From a bacterium (GTDB taxonomy: Bacteria; Sysuimicrobiota; Sysuimicrobiia; Sysuimicrobiales; Humicultoraceae), in NCBI GenBank assembly GCA_041497675.1, contig JBGQGY010000004.1, positions 1,938 through 65,937 of the forward strand: 64,000 nt of DNA, in the 5' to 3' direction. The position numbers were made by a program, and so were the translations under genes. Below the pieces are notes generated by a model that was not told the DNA's origin, did no database searches, and worked only from the letters and a program-made list of their open reading frames with translations. Shown one piece after another: positions 59,620 to 64,000 of the stretch. The first letter of the stretch is position 1. Each line of letters begins with the position of its first letter.

Positions 59620-60780
59620 TTACCGTCGCCGCGCCGCAGGGCGCCGGATATTCGACAGGATGGTGGGCAGCACCATCAGCACAGTGTCGATCTCTTCGGC
59701 GGTGGTCCACCGACCCAACGAGAACCGCAGCGTCCCCATCGCGTAGGTCTCCGGCATGCCGAGCGCGGCAATCACATGCGACGGCTCAAGGCTGCCGGAC
59801 GTGCACGCCGACCCGCTGGACGCCGCGATGCCGTCCAAGTCGAGCGCGAGCAGCAACGATTCGCTATCCGCCTCAGCGAAGGAGACGTTCACGATCCCCG
59901 GGAGCCGTGCGCTTGGATGACCGTTCAGCATCGCCCCATCGATCGCCCCGAGCCCGGCCGCCAGACGGTCGCGCAGCGCAGCGATCGTGGCGGCGTCGCC
60001 GGTCATCCGCTCAGTCGCGATGCGGGCGGCCTCGCCGAAACCGGCGATCCCCGGGACGTTCTCGGTGCCGCCGCGGCGGCCGCGCTCCTGGCTGCCGCCG
60101 TGGAGGAACGGCTCGATACGCACACCGGCGCGGACGTACAGCGCCCCGACGCCCTTGGGACCGTAGCGCTTGTGCGCCGACATGGACAGCAGATCGACAT
60201 TCAGGCCGTCCACGTCGAGCGGCACGATGCCCACGCTCTGCGTCGCGTCGGTGTGAAAACGCACACCGCGCTCGCGGGCGATCCGGCCGATCTCAGCGAT
60301 CGGCGCCAGCGTCCCGATCTCGTTGTTGCTATGCATGATGGTGATAAGTACCGTCTCCGGTCGGACCGCGCGGCGCACGGCGTCGGGATCCACGCCGCCG
60401 TACCGGTCGACCGGAAGCACCGTGACCTCGACGCCGTGTCGGGCCAACCACCGGCACGGTTCGAGGACGGCATGGTGCTCGGTGGCTGCGGTGATGACGT
60501 GCCGGCCGGGCATGTCACGCGCATAGACCGTGCCGAGGATCGCGGCGTTATTTGACTCAGTGGCCCCGCTGGTGAAGACGATCTCCTTCGGTTGGGCGCC
60601 GATGAGACGCGCCACGTACACGCGAGCTTCATCCACAGCGCCCCGAGCGGCTTGCCCGAACTGGTGGACGCTGCCGGCATTGCCGAACGTCTCGGTGAAG
60701 TGACGCTGCACGGCGGCCGACACCCCCGGGTCGACGGGCGTTGTGGCAGCATAATCGAGATAGATCGCAGTCCGACTCAT
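59620..60780 (-). CDS. iscS: Cysteine desulfurase (IscS/NifS class V aminotransferase)
   Basis: IYLDYAATTPVDP...FTSGATESNN...SMSAHKRYGPKGVGALYVR...SSGSACTSGSLEPSHV, with the PLP lysine and the active-site Cys loop. Confidence 0.85.
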   Translation of the reverse strand: MSRTAIYLDYAATTPVDPGVSAAVQRHFTETFGNAGSVHQFGQAARGAVDEARVYVARLIGAQPKEIVFTSGATESNNAAILGTVYARDMPGRHVITAATEHHAVLEPCRWLARHGVEVTVLPVDRYGGVDPDAVRRAVRPETVLITIMHSNNEIGTLAPIAEIGRIARERGVRFHTDATQSVGIVPLDVDGLNVDLLSMSAHKRYGPKGVGALYVRAGVRIEPFLHGGSQERGRRGGTENVPGIAGFGEAARIATERMTGDAATIAALRDRLAAGLGAIDGAMLNGHPSARLPGIVNVSFAEADSESLLLALDLDGIAASSGSACTSGSLEPSHVIAALGMPETYAMGTLRFSLGRWTTAEEIDTVLMVLPTILSNIRRPAARRR

Positions 60781-60817
60781 GTCACCACCCAGTATAGCGC
60801 AGACGACCTCGTTGACT

Positions 60818-61471
60818 TCACGGGTCGGCCAGCACCCGGATCATGCTGCTGATGATCCGCGCCGTCGCGCCCCAGATGACATGCGGCGGGTAGTCGAAGA
60901 AGATGATCTCCCACTCCTGCCCCTCGCGCACAACGCGCTCGACCCGGCGTTGAGCGGGGTTCAAGAAGACCTCGAGCGGCACGGTAATGATCTGATCGAT
61001 CTCGTTCGGGTTTGGCCGCAGACCGTCAGGCGGGGGGATCTTGCCCACGTACGGCGTGATGGCGAACCCGGACACCACGGTTTCGGTCTCATCGAGACGC
61101 CCCCACACCTCGACGGCCGAGGGGTCGAGGCCGATCTCTTCGTACGTTTCGCGCAGCGCGGTATCAAGCAGGTCCCTATCGCCGGGCTCCTCGCCGCCAC
61201 CGGGGAACGAGATCTGCCCCTTGTGGTGCTGGACCTTGTCGGTCCGCTTAGTGAGCAGCAGATACGCCGAGCCCGTCGCTTCGAAGATCGGGACCAGCAC
61301 GGCGGCTCGCTTGTAGCTGTGGGGGGGAAGGTCACGCGCCGGGGCCGACCGGAGCCGCTCCCGAAGCGTCCCAACGAGGTCCACGCGGTGGAGTTGGCCG
61401 CCGGACCCGGCCTCTCCTCCCACGCCCCCGGGCGCACGACATGTTGGGCCCGGTCCACAGGTTATCCACAA
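60818..61471 (-). CDS. NUDIX hydrolase (CoA pyrophosphatase-like)
   Basis: The Nudix box GQISFPGGGEEPGDRDLLDTALRETYEEIGL and a preceding AAVLVPI...LLLTKR region match the CoA-pyrophosphatase subfamily. The exact start is uncertain. Confidence 0.7.
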   Translation of the reverse strand: MWITCGPGPTCRAPGGVGGEAGSGGQLHRVDLVGTLRERLRSAPARDLPPHSYKRAAVLVPIFEATGSAYLLLTKRTDKVQHHKGQISFPGGGEEPGDRDLLDTALRETYEEIGLDPSAVEVWGRLDETETVVSGFAITPYVGKIPPPDGLRPNPNEIDQIITVPLEVFLNPAQRRVERVVREGQEWEIIFFDYPPHVIWGATARIISSMIRVLADP

Positions 61472-61540
61472 GATGTGGGGGCTGCCAGCAGGATTTCGTC
61501 CGCTGACGCTGAATTAGGCGGCGACCCCGGGGGGAAGGCC

Positions 61541-63034
61541 ATGAACCCACAATTCGCCTCTATCGACGGCTCTCCATCGCAGCGACTTCGCGACATCTAC
61601 CTCCTTAGCCCCAGGCTCCTTCCCCCTGAGGTTATAGCCGTGGCCTTCGCCAAGACCTCGCGCAGCCCCAAGCCCTTTCGCGAGATCGCCGACGAGCTCA
61701 CACAGGAACAATCGAGTGAGTTTCACGAGAAATGGGTGCTGGGGTACGGGCACGGGTCGGTGGCCGAGCACGCGGTGCTGCACCTCGCGTTGGAGAACCT
61801 TTCGCGTCTCGCCATCGAAAGCCTCGAGAGCAACCGGCTCTGCTCATACACCGAGAAGTCGACGCGCTACCAGATCTTCGATGCTTTCTACGTCCCCCGC
61901 GCGATCGCCGCGTCCGGTCATGCCGAACGATATGCGGGCGCCTGCCGAGAGCTCTTCGAAGCGTACCAGGCCAGCCTCGAGCCGGTGCGCCAGGTGATCG
62001 AATCCTGGCACCCGCGGAAGGCGGACGAGACCGAACGGGCCTACGGCGCGCGCACTCGCTCGAAGTACATCGACGTCTGCCGGTTCCTGCTCCCGTGCGC
62101 AACCCTGGCCAACGTGGGGATGACGGCCAACGCGCGGGCGCTGGAGCACGCGATCACCAAGATGCTCTCGCACCCCCTGGAGGAAGTGCGCGCAATCGGC
62201 ACCGAGGTCAAGCGGGTCGCAGCGGCTGAGGTGCCCACCCTACTGAAATACGCCGACCCCAATCCGTATCTCATGGAGACCGCTCAGGGGCTGACGGCGG
62301 TGGCGGAGCACCATGTCAATGGACACTCGGGGCCGGAAGAGATCGCAAGCGTGCGTCTCGTACACCACGATCGTAACGCCGAGATCCGGGTGCTCGCGGC
62401 ATGCCTCTATCGGTTCGGCCGGCGATCGTATCCTGACGCCTGGGCGGAGGCGTCGAATATGACGGCACCAGAACGGGCCGCCGTGCTGGACCAAGCGTTG
62501 GGGCGGCTGGGCCGGCATGACACTCCTATCCGCGAGCTGGAACATACCACCTACACCTTCGATATCGTCTGCGATCAGGGCGCCTACTTCGACCTGAAGC
62601 GACACCGCATGATGACGCAGACGCCGCAGCCTCCGACGGTCGACCTCGGCTACGCCGTCCCACGCGCGATGGACGAAGCTGGATGTGGCCACCGGTTCCG
62701 GGATGCAGTCGAGCGGGCCACGGACACCTATCAGGTCATCGCCCGCGACTTCCCACTGGACGCGGCCTATCTGGTCACAAACGCGCACAACCGCCGCTTC
62801 CTGGCCACGATGAACCTGCGCGAGCTGTACTCGATGATTCCGCTGCGGGCCCGCGAGTCCGGACATTTCTCCTACCGGCGGGTCGCGTTGCTGGTGTACG
62901 AAGCGGTGCGGGTTGTGCACCCCGCCTTGATCGGGTACGTGCGCTTCGGCTACGAGCCGCCGACCGCGTCGGCCCTGGAGACCCAGTTCTTTGCGGACAC
63001 GGTCGCCCGCTCCACGCCGACACCCGTGGGCTGA
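61541..63034 (+). CDS. thyX: FAD-dependent thymidylate synthase, long (~500 aa) form
   Basis: C-terminal part of ORF 60779..63034 from the ATG at 61541 (GGGGAAGG upstream, in frame). The second half has a canonical ThyX motif (FDLKRHRMMTQ...RESGHFSYRRV). The first half has a degenerate copy (HGSVAEHAVLHL...ESNRLCSYTEKSTRYQ). Confidence 0.8.
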   Translation: MNPQFASIDGSPSQRLRDIYLLSPRLLPPEVIAVAFAKTSRSPKPFREIADELTQEQSSEFHEKWVLGYGHGSVAEHAVLHLALENLSRLAIESLESNRLCSYTEKSTRYQIFDAFYVPRAIAASGHAERYAGACRELFEAYQASLEPVRQVIESWHPRKADETERAYGARTRSKYIDVCRFLLPCATLANVGMTANARALEHAITKMLSHPLEEVRAIGTEVKRVAAAEVPTLLKYADPNPYLMETAQGLTAVAEHHVNGHSGPEEIASVRLVHHDRNAEIRVLAACLYRFGRRSYPDAWAEASNMTAPERAAVLDQALGRLGRHDTPIRELEHTTYTFDIVCDQGAYFDLKRHRMMTQTPQPPTVDLGYAVPRAMDEAGCGHRFRDAVERATDTYQVIARDFPLDAAYLVTNAHNRRFLATMNLRELYSMIPLRARESGHFSYRRVALLVYEAVRVVHPALIGYVRFGYEPPTASALETQFFADTVARSTPTPVG

Positions 63035-63088
63035 CCGGCGCGTGTCCACCCGCATGACACACCCACGACCCGGGAGGTGGTGGATCCA

Positions 63089-64000
63089 ATGGGTTTCTTG
63101 AAACTGGTCGTCTACATCATCGGGTTTGCAATGGCGTTCCTGGTGGCCCGGCAGTCAATCACCATGCAGCAGACCGGGCCCGGACGGTCGCGCATGGTGG
63201 GCGCGAGCGCGGGGGCCGTAGTGCTCGCGCTGCTCATCGCAGTGCTCACAATGGCTGTGGCCGCCAGTTTCGGACAGGTGCCGGCCGGCTACCGAGGCAT
63301 TGTCCTGCGGTTCGGCGCGCCGAGTGGGGAAATCAAGGGTGAGGGCTTGTTCATGGTCGCGCCCTTCATCAATGCCGTCGAGCTGATGTCGGTACAGGTT
63401 GTCTCCTATGACGCCGTCGCCGAAGCCGCCTCCCGCGACCTGCAGGATGTCAAGGCGAAGGTCACGCTGAACTACGCGCTCGACGCCACGGAGGTCGTGG
63501 ACATCTACCGCAGGCTGCGGCACGAGTACGAGTTCCGGATCATCAAGCCGGCCATCCAAGAGGCGGTGAAGGCCGCCACGGCCCGGTTCACCGCCGAGGA
63601 GTTGATCACGCGGCGGCCGGAGGTTCGCGACGCCATCCAGAAGAACCTCGAGGAACGCCTCGTCAAGTTCCATATCCATTCCGAGGCGATGTCCATCACC
63701 GACTTCGCGTTCAGCAAGTCGTTCAACGAAGCCATCGAGGCGAAGGTCACCGCGACGCAGCAGGTGCTGAAGGCCGAACGCGACCTGCAGCGGGTCAAAC
63801 TCGAGGCGCAGCAACAGATCGAGCAGGCCCGCGCCCAGGCCGAGGCGTTGCGCATCCAAAAGGAAAATGTCACGCCCGCGCTGATCGAACTCCGGCGCAT
63901 CGAGGCGCAGATCAAGGCGATCGAGAAGTGGAACGGCCAGATGCCGACCTATGTGGCCGGCCCGGTGCCGATCCTCGACGTGTTCAGGAACGGCAAGTAG
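63089..64000 (+). CDS. SPFH/band-7 (prohibitin/HflK-like) membrane protein
   Basis: An N-terminal TM is followed by the PHB domain (YRGIVLRFG...LMSVQVVSYD...TLNYALDATEVVDIYRRL) and a C-terminal coiled coil. The alternative start is at 63077. The stop TAG is at 63998-64000. Confidence 0.8.
   Translation: MGFLKLVVYIIGFAMAFLVARQSITMQQTGPGRSRMVGASAGAVVLALLIAVLTMAVAASFGQVPAGYRGIVLRFGAPSGEIKGEGLFMVAPFINAVELMSVQVVSYDAVAEAASRDLQDVKAKVTLNYALDATEVVDIYRRLRHEYEFRIIKPAIQEAVKAATARFTAEELITRRPEVRDAIQKNLEERLVKFHIHSEAMSITDFAFSKSFNEAIEAKVTATQQVLKAERDLQRVKLEAQQQIEQARAQAEALRIQKENVTPALIELRRIEAQIKAIEKWNGQMPTYVAGPVPILDVFRNGK

Noticed and set aside
60779-61540. N-terminal 254 codons of the 751-aa plus-strand ORF preceding thyX
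   Set aside because: They overlap the NUDIX gene antisense. ThyX starts at the ATG at 61541, which has a GGGGAAGG RBS.

Overview
High-GC (about 70%) bacterial chromosomal window that is almost entirely coding: about 62 protein genes, no rRNA, tRNA, CRISPR array or obvious mobile element. The main blocks are listed below.

- 1-8345: two divergent operons of ring-opening amidohydrolases. Minus strand: aminotransferase, two amidohydrolases, isochorismatase-family hydrolase. Plus strand: tandem DUF4438-like paralogs, a dihydropyrimidinase/hydantoinase-family cyclic amidohydrolase, a VOC protein.
- 8349-14760: a TetR-controlled tripartite ABC efflux operon (TolC, HlyD, two separate ATPases, ABC-2 permease) with a tandem palindromic operator upstream of the TetR gene.
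- 15427-24120: housekeeping genes: purR, ispE, an LCP-family protein, ksgA, a yabE-like G5/3D protein, methylmalonyl-CoA epimerase and meaB.
- 24167-26248: a membrane-anchored GAF-HD-GYP protein with a C-terminal extension.
- 26265-33759: a propionyl-CoA carboxylase / methylmalonyl-CoA mutase operon with GNAT and DinB genes inserted. Its first gene ends in a clear Hfq-like Sm domain preceded by about 320 residues of unknown repeats.
- 33812-39728: a DUF1116 protein co-transcribed with a BMP-family ABC transporter.
- 39799-45850: a GerMN protein, ligA, a MoaD/ThiS-like sulfur carrier directly downstream of thrC-thrB (thrB has a terminator-like leader hairpin), and lgt.
- 45810-59710: the complete 14-gene nuoN-to-nuoA NADH:quinone oxidoreductase operon with many start/stop overlaps.
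- 59620-64000: cysteine desulfurase, a NUDIX hydrolase, a long-form ThyX and an SPFH protein.

Gene calls rest on reading conserved motifs in the supplied translations. Start codons were checked against the DNA where stated. Many ORFs in the track are GC-rich opposite-strand artefacts and were rejected.
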